This document shows positions 9,268-18,101 of a stretch of 34,178 nucleotides of DNA, in pieces. The notes under the pieces were generated by a model. It made no database searches and was not told the DNA's origin. It saw only the letters and a program-made list of their open reading frames with translations. Position numbers and translations under genes: made by a program. Each line of letters starts with the position of its first letter. The first letter of the stretch is position 1. Source of the stretch: a virus (Duplodnaviria > Heunggongvirae > Uroviricota > Caudoviricetes); the IMG/VR virus record IMGVR_UViG_2526164598_000024; one strand, 5' to 3'.

Positions 9268-9590
9268 TTTTTTGCACGCCCGTATTCAACGGCTTCTTTA
9301 AGGAGTTCATTTTCCATCGTTTTTTTGCCGAGCAGGCGCTGGAGTTCTTTAATCTGCTTCATGGCAGCAGCAAGTTCAGAGGCAGGAACGACCTGCTCTC
9401 CTGCGGCCACAGCAGTAAGACTTCCCTCCTGGTATTGCTTGCGCCAGAGAAATAACTGGCTGGCTGCCACACCGTGTTGCCGGGCAACAAGGGAGACCGT
9501 CATTCCCGGTTCAAAACTCTGCTGAACAATAGCGATCTTTTCCTGTGTAGTACGCCGTCTGCGTTTCTCCGGTCCTAAGACATCAATCAT
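9225..9590 (-). CDS. insC: IS2 transposase OrfA (InsC), HTH DNA-binding
   Basis: ATG at 9590 gives 121 aa starting [18 protein letters not shown], recognisable as IS2 InsC; track ORF extends further upstream to an earlier start. Confidence 0.9.
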
Positions 9591-9678
9591 CTGCTCTCCA
9601 ATGACTAGTCTAAAAACTAGTATTAAGACTATCACTTATTTAAGTGATATTGGTTGTCTGGAGATTCAGGGGGCCAGT

Positions 9679-10365
9679 CTATTGGCCTAACCGCTCATCA
9701 GCAAGTGCTGTTGATAATACTGAAAATTTAATCGTTTCTTCATCTAGTTTTTCAATACCATAAAAATCATTTTCTTTAATGATTTCATACACCGCTAAAG
9801 CGTCTAGGTTACGCTTGATATGATCCCTACGACTGCCAATAGCTCTGGCAACCTCATAGTAGCGTAGCATCGGATCCTGATTTGCATTGGTATAATCAAA
9901 AAGCTGTTTAATATATCGAGCTTTTGATAAGGGCTCCCATTGTTTGACACCAGTAATATGTCTGAAACCAAGATACGGAAGAATCTCTTCTCTTGTTTGG
10001 CGCTCAATGACAGGAACACGATCGACTGTATGTTTTGCATTTGATGCAATTTCTCGTAGTCGAGCACTTGGATTTTCACATAGTGTCGGATCGCGTAATA
10101 ATTTAACTGCGGATAGGCGACGGTTTCCTTCAACTACAATGTACTTCCCCGGCGCGACACTGTCAGGAATGACAATCAATGGTTCTCCAGGGAAAAAACC
10201 ATTTTCCGCAATAGCACTCATTAGATCTTCGATAGATGTTGAGGTTGCTATGTAGTTAATCATTCCCAATTGGTCACGAGACACGCCTTCAGGAAGTCTT
10301 GGGTTTTCTGTGTCAAGTTCCAAATCATCTAGCGGAACATAAAGTATTTCTGAATCAGCAATCAT
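9679..10365 (-). pseudogene. N-terminal fragment of ParB/Srx N-domain protein gene, truncated by IS2 (stop codon supplied by IS2 terminus)
   Basis: 228-aa ORF with ATG at 10365 and GGAG Shine-Dalgarno; contains ParB-box-like motif IVVEGNRRLSAVKLL (GxxRxxA arginine patch of ParB/sulfiredoxin fold). The TAG stop at 9679..9681 is the first three bases of IS2 (TAGACTGG...). Confidence 0.8.
9682..9686. repeat. IS2 target-site duplication TTGGC (copy 2)
   Basis: Identical 5-mer to 8346..8350, directly abutting the other IS2 terminus. Confidence 0.85.
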
Positions 10366-10591
10366 CTGGATCTCCGTTGAACATGTCTACGAGAAGGAGC
10401 ACAAAGTTATTTCATAACATGCAATATACTCATTCTGTAGCCATAAATGAATTATTCATGATGTAAGATTCGCGTTGATGTGCGTGAATTCGCAAGTAAT
10501 TTTATAGCAAGGTTTGATTGGGTATCGTTAGCACTGGCGCGGTTTCAACGTATTCATGCACCTGCATTAAAACCGACCCATGAAGCGGGCG

Positions 10592-10610
10592 GGCGAGGCG
10601 GGGAAAGCAC
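10592..10610. other. cos site, 19-nt cohesive end sequence of P2-type phages
   Basis: Sequence GGCGAGGCGGGGAAAGCAC matches the P2 cohesive end as I recall it; located between the cargo island and the portal gene Q, as expected. Confidence 0.7.
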
Positions 10611-10779
10611 TGCGCGCTGGCGGTGGTGCTGATTTTATTTTTTCAGCGTCTGAGCGCGTCGTGATGGCGTTTAGATTGTTAGCCGGGGCGTTGGTGTGTC
10701 TGCGGGCTGTTTTGTGCGGTGGTGAGCGTGTGAGAGCGTGATGGCGGGTTGTAAAAAAGCCGCCCGCAGGCGGCGATGT

Positions 10780-11814
10780 TCAGCCGTTGTCAGTGTCCAG
10801 TGAGTAGTTTTTAAAGCGGATGACCTCCTGACCGAGCCAGCCGTTTATCTCGCGGATCCTGTCCTGTAACGGGATAAGTTCATTGCGGACAAAGACCTTT
10901 GCCACTTTCTCAATATCACCCAGCGACCCGACGTTCTCCGGCTTGCCACCCATCAACTGAAAGGGGATGCGGTGCGCGTCCAGCAGGTCAGCGGCGCTGG
11001 CTTTTTTGATATTAAAAAAATCGTCCTTCGTCGCCACTTCACTGAGGGGGATAATTTTAATGCCGTCGGCTTTCCCCTGTGGGGCATAGAGAAACAGGTT
11101 TTTAAAGTTGTTGCGGCCTTTCGACTTGACCATGTTTTCGCGAAGCATTTCGATATCGTTGCGGTCCTGCACGGCATCGGTGACGTACATGATGTATCCG
11201 GCATGTGCGCCGTTTTCGTAATACTTGCGGCGGAACAGCGTGGCCGACTCATTCAGCCAGGCAGAGTTAAGGGCGCTGAGATATTCCGGCAGACCGTACA
11301 GCTCCTGATTAATATCCGGCTCCAGCAGGTGAAACACGGAGCCGGGCGCGAAAGGTGTCGGCTCGTTGAAAGACGGCACCCACCAGTAAACATCCTCCTC
11401 CACGCCACGACGGGTATATTTGGCCGGTGAGGTTTCCAGTCTGATGACCTTACCGGTGGTGCTGTAACGCTTTTCCAGAAACGCATTACCGAACACCAGA
11501 AAATCCAGCACAAAACGGCTGAAATCCTGCTGGGAAAGCCACGGGTGCGGGATAAACGTTGAAGCCAGAATATTACGTTTGACGTAAATCGGTGAGCTGT
11601 GATGCACGGCAGCACGCAGACTTTTTGCCAGGCCGGTAAAGCTGACCGGTGGCTCATACCATCTGCCGTTACTGATGCACTCGACGTAATCCAGAATGTC
11701 ACGCCGGTCGAGTACCGGTACCGGCTCACCAAAGGTGAATGCCTCCATTTTCGGGGCGCTGGCGGTCATTGTTTTTGCCGCAGGTTGCGGTGTTTTCCCT
11801 TTTTTCTTGCTCAT
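10780..11814 (-). CDS. Q: Portal protein
   Basis: 344-aa ORF, ATG at 11814 overlapping the terminase stop (ATGA); divergent from O/N/M as in P2; length equals P2 gpQ. Confidence 0.9.
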   Translation of the reverse strand: MSKKKGKTPQPAAKTMTASAPKMEAFTFGEPVPVLDRRDILDYVECISNGRWYEPPVSFTGLAKSLRAAVHHSSPIYVKRNILASTFIPHPWLSQQDFSRFVLDFLVFGNAFLEKRYSTTGKVIRLETSPAKYTRRGVEEDVYWWVPSFNEPTPFAPGSVFHLLEPDINQELYGLPEYLSALNSAWLNESATLFRRKYYENGAHAGYIMYVTDAVQDRNDIEMLRENMVKSKGRNNFKNLFLYAPQGKADGIKIIPLSEVATKDDFFNIKKASAADLLDAHRIPFQLMGGKPENVGSLGDIEKVAKVFVRNELIPLQDRIREINGWLGQEVIRFKNYSLDTDNG

Positions 11815-13586
11815 CAGTAAAACTCCAGAATGGTGGATGTCAGCGGAGTGCTGATACCGGCGGTGAGTGGCTCATTTAACAGGGCGTGCATGGTCGCCCA
11901 GGCGAGGTCGGCGTGGCTGGCTTCCTCGCTGCGGCTGGCCTCATAGGTGGCACTGCGTCCGCTGCTGGTCATGGTCTTGCGGATAGCCATAAACGAGCTG
12001 GTGATGTCGGTGGCGCTGACGTCATATTCCAGACAGCCACGGCGGATAACGTCTTTTGCCTTGAGCACCATTGCGGTTTTCATTTCCGGCGTGTAGCGGA
12101 TATCGCGCGCGGCGGGATAGAACGAGCGCACGAGCTGGAACACGCCGACACCGAGGCCGGTGGCATCAATTCCGATGTATTCGACGTTGTATTTCTCGGT
12201 GAGTTTGCGGATGGATTCAGCCTGAGTGGCAAAGTCCATGCCTTTCCACTGGTGACGCTCAAGGATCCTGAATTTGCCACCGGCCACCACCGGCGGTGCC
12301 AGTACCACGCATCCGGCGCTGTCGCCACGGTGTGACGGGTCGTAACCAATCCATACCGGGCGGGAGCCGAACGGATTCGCGGCAAACGGCGCATAGTCTT
12401 CCCATTCTTCCAGCGTGTCGACCATGCAGCGTTGCAGCTCCTCGAACGGGAACACCGATGCCTTGTCGTCAACAAATTCACACATGAACAGGTTTTTAAA
12501 ATCGTCGGCGCTGTTTTCACGTTTGAGCTGCTCAATGTCGAACAGCGTGCAGCCGCCTTTCAGGGCATCCTCAATGGTGACAATCTGCCGCCACTGGCCG
12601 TCCGCACAGAGAAGACCTCCGGCAAGGGCGTTATGACTGACGTCGATTTCCACGCGTTCGGCGGCGCTGGCGCGTCCCCGGTTGAACAGTTCACCCGACC
12701 AGAACGGGTAGGCGTCGTGCGCCAGCGTGGACGGGGTGGAGAAATAGGTCGAGCGCAGGTGACTCTGTGAGGCCATACCTGATGCCACCTTACGCAGTAC
12801 CTGAAAATTCGGGATCCAGAAAATCTCGTCGACGTACAGGTCGCCGTTATGGCTCTGTGCGGTGTTGGAGTTGGTGCCGAGAAAAATCAGTTTTGCGCCG
12901 TTATTGCCCAGGACAATCGGGTCACCGGTCAGGTCAACGTCAACCAGTCGGGCAAAGGCGATGATGTATTCGCGGAACACATACGCCTGCGTTTTACTGG
13001 CCGACAGAAAAATCTGGTTATGACCGGTTTTCAGGGCGCGCAGCAGCGCCTCGCGGGAAAAATAAAACGTCGCGCCAATCTGGCGGGATTTCAGGATATC
13101 GCGGATGCGGTGCTCAAGCCCGGCGCGATACCAGTGCAACTGATATTCGAAAGACTGCTCAAAGAAAATCTGCTCCAGCTTTTCGATAGCCTCGTCGCTG
13201 AAAAAATTCTTTTTCGGTTTGCGCCGCCCGCCTTTGTTGCGGTTAGCGATGTTCGGATTAAGGTCTGCCTCGTTGCCGGTCTGGTTGTAGCGGTTTACCC
13301 GTGCCAGTCGTTCAATCTGGCGTCCGAGCAGGTCAATTTCCTTGAAGTCACCGCCGGTTTTCTGCGGTTTTATGATGAGCTGGGTCAGCCGCGCTTCCAG
13401 ACTCATTTCGACACGGCTGATGGGGGCAACGCTGTCCCAGCCGTCGCGCTGTTTCCAGCTCTGCACCGTCGGGCGTTTCATCTGCAACATGGCGGCAATC
13501 TGCGGCACGGAAAACCCCTGCCAGTACAGCAGCGCCGCCTGACGACGCGGGTCGTGTAAAAGAGTGGTGTCTGTGGTGATGGTCAT
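11814..13586 (-). CDS. P: Terminase large (ATPase/nuclease) subunit
   Basis: ATG at 13586 (MTITTDTT...) gives 590 aa, the P2 gpP length; track ORF extends 10 codons upstream. Confidence 0.9.
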   Translation of the reverse strand: MTITTDTTLLHDPRRQAALLYWQGFSVPQIAAMLQMKRPTVQSWKQRDGWDSVAPISRVEMSLEARLTQLIIKPQKTGGDFKEIDLLGRQIERLARVNRYNQTGNEADLNPNIANRNKGGRRKPKKNFFSDEAIEKLEQIFFEQSFEYQLHWYRAGLEHRIRDILKSRQIGATFYFSREALLRALKTGHNQIFLSASKTQAYVFREYIIAFARLVDVDLTGDPIVLGNNGAKLIFLGTNSNTAQSHNGDLYVDEIFWIPNFQVLRKVASGMASQSHLRSTYFSTPSTLAHDAYPFWSGELFNRGRASAAERVEIDVSHNALAGGLLCADGQWRQIVTIEDALKGGCTLFDIEQLKRENSADDFKNLFMCEFVDDKASVFPFEELQRCMVDTLEEWEDYAPFAANPFGSRPVWIGYDPSHRGDSAGCVVLAPPVVAGGKFRILERHQWKGMDFATQAESIRKLTEKYNVEYIGIDATGLGVGVFQLVRSFYPAARDIRYTPEMKTAMVLKAKDVIRRGCLEYDVSATDITSSFMAIRKTMTSSGRSATYEASRSEEASHADLAWATMHALLNEPLTAGISTPLTSTILEFY

Positions 13587-13759
13587 GAATACCTCGCCGT
13601 GATGAATACACGGCAAGGCTACTGAGTCGTGCCCTGCGATTCGCTAAGGTGCTGTTGTGTCAGTGATAAGCCATCCGGGACTGATGGCGGAGGATGCGCA
13701 TCGTCGGGAAACTGATGCCGACATGTGACTCCTCTAATCACTATTCAGGACTCCTGACA

Positions 13760-14614
13760 ATGGCAAAAAAAGTCTCAAAATTCTTTCGTATCGGCGTTGA
13801 GGGTGACACCTGTGACGGGCGTGTCATCAGTGCGCAGGATATTCAGGAAATGGCCGAAACCTTTGACCCGCGTGTCTATGGTTGCCGCATTAACCTGGAA
13901 CATCTGCGCGGCATCCTGCCTGACGGCATTTTTAAACGTTATGGCGATGTGGTCGAACTGAAGGCCGAAAAGATTGACGATGATTCGGCGCTGAAAGGCA
14001 AATGGGCGCTGTTTGCGAAAATCACCCCGACCGATGACCTTATCGCGATGAACAAGGCCGCGCAGAAGGTCTATACCTCAATGGAAATTCAGCCGAACTT
14101 TGCCAATACCGGCAAATGTTATCTGGTGGGTCTGGCCGTCACCGATGACCCGGCAAGCCTCGGCACGGAATACCTGGAATTCTGCCGCACGGCAAAACAC
14201 AACCCCCTGAACCGCTTCAAATTAAGCCCTGAAAACCTGATTTCAGTGGCAACGCCCGTTGAGCTGGAATTTGAAGACCTGCCTGAAACCGTGTTCACCG
14301 CCCTGACCGAAAAGGTGAAATCCATTTTTGGCCGCAAACAGGCCAGTGATGACGCCCGTCTGAATGACGTGCATGAAGCGGTGACCGCTGTTGCTGAACA
14401 TGTGCAGGAAAAGCTGAGTGCCACTGAGCAGCGCCTCGCTGAGATGGAAACCGCTTTTTCCGCACTTAAGCAGGATGTGACTGACAGGGCGGATGAAACC
14501 AGCCAGGCATTCACCCGCCTGAAAAACAGTCTCGACAGCACCGAAAGTCTGACCCAGCAGCGCCGCAGCAAGGCCACCGGCGGTGGCGGTGATGCCCTGA
14601 TGACGAACTGCTGA
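13760..14614 (+). CDS. O: Capsid scaffolding protein
   Basis: ATG at 13760 (MAKKVSKFF...) gives 284 aa as P2 gpO; coiled-coil-like C-terminus; immediately upstream of major capsid gene. Confidence 0.85.
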   Translation: MAKKVSKFFRIGVEGDTCDGRVISAQDIQEMAETFDPRVYGCRINLEHLRGILPDGIFKRYGDVVELKAEKIDDDSALKGKWALFAKITPTDDLIAMNKAAQKVYTSMEIQPNFANTGKCYLVGLAVTDDPASLGTEYLEFCRTAKHNPLNRFKLSPENLISVATPVELEFEDLPETVFTALTEKVKSIFGRKQASDDARLNDVHEAVTAVAEHVQEKLSATEQRLAEMETAFSALKQDVTDRADETSQAFTRLKNSLDSTESLTQQRRSKATGGGGDALMTNC

Positions 14615-14672
14615 CCGGCGTCAGTCAGTCCGGGAAAACCTTCACGATTAACCCTTAATTTCAGGAAAAACT

Positions 14673-15746
14673 ATGCGCCAGGAAACCCGCTTTAAATTTA
14701 ATGCCTACCTGTCCCGTGTTGCCGAACTGAACGGCATCGACGCCGGTGATGTGTCGAAAAAATTCACCGTTGAACCGTCGGTCACCCAGACCCTGATGAA
14801 CACCATGCAGGAGTCCTCTGACTTTCTGACCCGCATCAACATTGTGCCGGTCAGCGAAATGAAAGGGGAAAAAATTGGTATTGGTGTCACCGGCTCCATC
14901 GCCAGCACCACCGACACCGCCGGTGGCACCGAGCGTCAGCCGAAGGACTTCTCGAAGCTGGCGTCAAACAAGTACGAATGCGACCAGATTAACTTCGATT
15001 TTTATATCCGCTACAAAACGCTTGACCTGTGGGCGCGTTATCAGGATTTCCAGCTCCGTATCCGTAACGCCATTATCAAACGCCAGTCCCTTGATTTCAT
15101 CATGGCCGGTTTTAACGGCGTGAAGCGTGCCGAAACCTCTGACCGCAACAGCAATCCGATGTTGCAGGATGTGGCGGTCGGCTGGCTGCAGAAATACCGC
15201 AATGAAGCCCCGGCGCGCGTGATGAGCAAGGTCACTGACGAGGAAGGGCGCACCACCTCTGAGGTTATCCGCGTGGGTAAGGGCGGTGATTATGCCAGCC
15301 TTGACGCACTGGTGATGGATGCGACCAACAACCTGATTGAACCGTGGTATCAGGAAGACCCTGACCTTGTGGTGATTGTGGGACGTCAGCTACTGGCGGA
15401 CAAATATTTCCCCATCGTCAACAAGGAGCAGGACAACAGCGAAATGCTGGCCGCTGACGTCATCATCAGCCAGAAACGCATCGGTAACCTGCCGGCGGTA
15501 CGCGTCCCGTACTTCCCGGCGGATGCGATGCTCATCACGAAGCTGGAAAACCTGTCCATCTACTACATGGATGACAGCCATCGCCGCGTGATTGAGGAAA
15601 ACCCGAAACTCGACCGCGTGGAGAACTACGAGTCAATGAACATTGATTACGTGGTGGAAGACTACGCCGCCGGTTGTCTGGTGGAAAAAATTAAGGTCGG
15701 TGATTTCTCCACACCGGCTAAGGCGACCGCAGAGCCGGGAGCGTAA
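14673..15746 (+). CDS. N: Major capsid protein
   Basis: 357-aa ORF, same length as P2 gpN; position after scaffold gene. Confidence 0.9.
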   Translation: MRQETRFKFNAYLSRVAELNGIDAGDVSKKFTVEPSVTQTLMNTMQESSDFLTRINIVPVSEMKGEKIGIGVTGSIASTTDTAGGTERQPKDFSKLASNKYECDQINFDFYIRYKTLDLWARYQDFQLRIRNAIIKRQSLDFIMAGFNGVKRAETSDRNSNPMLQDVAVGWLQKYRNEAPARVMSKVTDEEGRTTSEVIRVGKGGDYASLDALVMDATNNLIEPWYQEDPDLVVIVGRQLLADKYFPIVNKEQDNSEMLAADVIISQKRIGNLPAVRVPYFPADAMLITKLENLSIYYMDDSHRRVIEENPKLDRVENYESMNIDYVVEDYAAGCLVEKIKVGDFSTPAKATAEPGA

Positions 15747-15749
15747 CCG

Positions 15750-16493
15750 ATGACGAGTCCCGCACAGCGCCACATGATGCGGGTCTCGGCAGCGATGACC
15801 GCGCAGCGGGAAGTCGCCCCGCTGCGACATGCAACTGTCTATGAGCAGATGCTGGTTAAGCTCGCCGCAGACCAGCGCACACTGAAAGCGATTTATTCAA
15901 AAGAGCTGAAGGCCGCGAAAAAACGCGAACTGCTGCCGTTCTGGTTGCCGTGGGTGAACGGCGTGCTGGAGCAGGGCAAAGGTGCACAGGATGACATTCT
16001 GATGACGGTCATGCTGTGGCGTCTGGATACCGGCGATATTGCCGGTGCGCTGGAGATTGCCCGTTATGCCCTGAAGTACGGTCTGACCATGCCGGGTAAA
16101 CACCGCCGCACCCCGCCGTACATGTTCACCGAGGAGGTGGCGCTCGCGGCCATGCGTGCTCACGCTGCCGGTGAGTCTGTGGATACCCGCCTGCTGACGG
16201 AGACCCTTGAACTGACCGCCACGGCTGACATGCCTGATGAAGTGCGCGCAAAGCTGCACAAAATCACCGGTCTGTTTCTGCGTGACGGTGGTGATGCCGC
16301 AGGGGCGCTGGCGCACCTGCAACGTGCGACACAGCTCGACTGTCAGGCAGGCGTCAAAAAAGAGATTGAACGACTGGAGCGGGAGCTGAAACCGAAGCCG
16401 GAGCCGCAGCCCAAAGCGGCCACCCGTACCCCGCGTAAGACCCGGAGCGTGACACCGGCAAAACGTGGACGCCCGAAAAAGAAAGCCAGTTAA
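15750..16493 (+). CDS. M: Terminase small (endonuclease) subunit
   Basis: 247-aa ORF, same length as P2 gpM; basic Lys/Arg-rich C-terminal tail. Confidence 0.85.
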   Translation: MTSPAQRHMMRVSAAMTAQREVAPLRHATVYEQMLVKLAADQRTLKAIYSKELKAAKKRELLPFWLPWVNGVLEQGKGAQDDILMTVMLWRLDTGDIAGALEIARYALKYGLTMPGKHRRTPPYMFTEEVALAAMRAHAAGESVDTRLLTETLELTATADMPDEVRAKLHKITGLFLRDGGDAAGALAHLQRATQLDCQAGVKKEIERLERELKPKPEPQPKAATRTPRKTRSVTPAKRGRPKKKAS

Positions 16494-16592
16494 CAACCGA
16501 ATGCGCCCCGCGCCAGGGCGGCACGCCGGTCAGTGAGGGTGAATCACCTGACACTGCACCGGCGTCCACCGCCCGACTTTTCAGAGGTGGTC

Positions 16593-17102
16593 ATGATGAC
16601 GCTGATTATTCCGCGAAAGGAGGCTCCCGTGTCCGGTGAGGGTACGGTGGTCATCCCGCAACCGGCAGGCGACGAGCCGGTGATTAAAAACACGTTCTTT
16701 TTTCCCGATATCGACCCGAAGCGCGTCCGGGAACGTATGCGCCTTGAGCAGACCGTCGCCCCCGCCCGTCTGCGTGAGGCTATCAAGTCAGGCATGGCGG
16801 AGACAAATGCGGAGCTGTACGAGTATCGCGAACAGAAAATTGCCGCCGGTTTTACGCGTCTGGCGGACGTCCCGGCGGACGACATCGACGGTGAAAGCAT
16901 CAAAGTTTTTTACTACGAGCGCGCCGTGTGTGCGATGGCGACCGCGTCGCTTTATGAGCGTTATCGCGGCGTGGATGCCAGTGCGAAAGGCGACAAGAAG
17001 GCCGACAGCATTGACAGCACCATTGATGAACTGTGGCGGGATATGCGCTGGGCGGTGGCGCGTATCCAGGACAAGCCGCGCTGCATCGTGAGTCAAATCT
17101 GA
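16593..17102 (+). CDS. L: Head completion/stabilisation protein
   Basis: ATG at 16593 gives 169 aa as P2 gpL; track ORF starts 20 codons earlier. Confidence 0.8.
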   Translation: MMTLIIPRKEAPVSGEGTVVIPQPAGDEPVIKNTFFFPDIDPKRVRERMRLEQTVAPARLREAIKSGMAETNAELYEYREQKIAAGFTRLADVPADDIDGESIKVFYYERAVCAMATASLYERYRGVDASAKGDKKADSIDSTIDELWRDMRWAVARIQDKPRCIVSQI

Positions 17103-17305
17103 TGAAGACCTTTGCGCTACAGGGCGACACGCTCGACGCCATTTGTGTCCGGTATTACGGGCGCACTGAGGGCGTGGTTGAGACCGTGCTCGCCGCAAAT
17201 CCGGGACTGGCTGAACTGGGTGCGGTGCTGCCACACGGCACCGCCGTCGAACTGCCCGACGTTCAGACCGCGCCCGTGGCTGAAACTGTCAATCTGTGGG
17301 AGTAA
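17102..17305 (+). CDS. X: Tail protein X (LysM-like)
   Basis: ATG at 17102 overlapping L stop (TGATG); 67 aa (MKTFALQGDTLDAICVRYYG...), same length as P2 gpX. Confidence 0.8.
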   Translation: MKTFALQGDTLDAICVRYYGRTEGVVETVLAANPGLAELGAVLPHGTAVELPDVQTAPVAETVNLWE

Positions 17306-17308
17306 CGC

Positions 17309-17590
17309 ATGACAGCAGAAGAAAAAAGCGTCCTGTCGCTTTTCATGATTGGGGTGCTGATTGTTGTCGGCAAGGTGCTTGCCGGTGGTGAACCCATCAC
17401 CCCGCGTCTGTTTATCGGGCGCATGTTGCTCGGCGGTTTTGTCTCGATGGTTGCCGGTGTTGTTCTGGTGCAGTTTCCTGACCTGTCACTGCCTGCGGTG
17501 TGCGGCATCGGTTCCATGCTGGGTATCGCCGGTTATCAGGTGATTGAGATTGCCATTCAGCGCCGCTTTAAGGGCAGGGGGAAACCGTAA
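17309..17590 (+). CDS. Y: Holin
   Basis: 93 aa, hydrophobic with predicted transmembrane segments (LSLFMIGVLIVVGKVLAGG.. and LLGGFVSMVAGVVLV); first gene of lysis cassette. Confidence 0.85.
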   Translation: MTAEEKSVLSLFMIGVLIVVGKVLAGGEPITPRLFIGRMLLGGFVSMVAGVVLVQFPDLSLPAVCGIGSMLGIAGYQVIEIAIQRRFKGRGKP

Positions 17591-18087
17591 TGCCGGTAAT
17601 TAACACGCATCAGAATATCGCCGCCTTTCTCGACATGCTGGCCGTGTCCGAAGGGACGGCGAATCATCCGCTGACGAAAAACCGGGGCTATGACGTGATA
17701 GTCACCGGACTGGACGGAAAGCCGGAAATTTTCACCGACTACAGTGACCACCCGTTCGCGCATGGCCGACCGGCGAAGGTGTTTAACCGTCGCGGTGAAA
17801 AATCCACGGCCTCCGGTCGCTATCAGCAGCTTTACCTGTTCTGGCCGCACTACCGCAAACAGCTTGCCCTGCCGGATTTCAGTCCGTTGTCACAGGACAG
17901 GCTCGCCATTCAGTTGATCCGCGAACGCGGTGCACTGGATGACATCCGGGCGGGACGCATTGAGCGCGCCATTTCACGCTGTCGCAATATCTGGGCGTCC
18001 CTGCCGGGTGCCGGTTACGGTCAGCGTGAGCATTCACTGGAAAAACTGGTCACCGTCTGGCGTACCGCCGGCGGCGTACCGGCTTAA
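17590..18087 (+). CDS. K: Endolysin (lysozyme)
   Basis: 165 aa; start ATG overlaps holin stop; phage lysozyme-like N-terminus (FLDMLAVSEGT) with catalytic Glu context; P2 gpK length. Confidence 0.85.
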   Translation: MPVINTHQNIAAFLDMLAVSEGTANHPLTKNRGYDVIVTGLDGKPEIFTDYSDHPFAHGRPAKVFNRRGEKSTASGRYQQLYLFWPHYRKQLALPDFSPLSQDRLAIQLIRERGALDDIRAGRIERAISRCRNIWASLPGAGYGQREHSLEKLVTVWRTAGGVPA

Positions 18088-18101
18088 ACGGAGTAAACAC
18101 C

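Larger units (their letters stand above)
8351..9681 (-). mobile_element. IS2 insertion sequence (IS3 family), complete, 1331 bp
   Basis: Termini read TGGATTTGCCCCTATATTTCCAGACA at 8351 and TAGACTGGCCCCCTGAATCTCCAGACAACC (reverse complement) ending at 9681, matching the IS2 ends as I recall them; encodes InsC and InsD; length 1331 bp; flanked by 5-bp TSD. Confidence 0.93.

Noticed and set aside
10441-10460. 13-bp palindrome ATGAATtATTCAT upstream of the ParB-like gene
   Set aside because: Short palindromes arise by chance in AT-rich DNA; without a second copy or known binding motif I cannot call it an operator.
11253-13611. Numerous 60-240-aa ORFs on the strand opposite the portal and terminase genes (e.g. 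11253..11732, 12080..12535, 12849..13559)
   Set aside because: They lie entirely inside long, well-supported structural genes in GC-rich DNA where the antisense frame is often open by chance; none has a convincing Shine-Dalgarno or recognisable protein features.
13617-13759. Divergent P/O late promoter region with Ogr-binding TGT-N12-ACA sites
   Set aside because: Expected here from P2 biology, but I found only imperfect matches (e.g. TGT-N12-CAC) and could not place the sites confidently.
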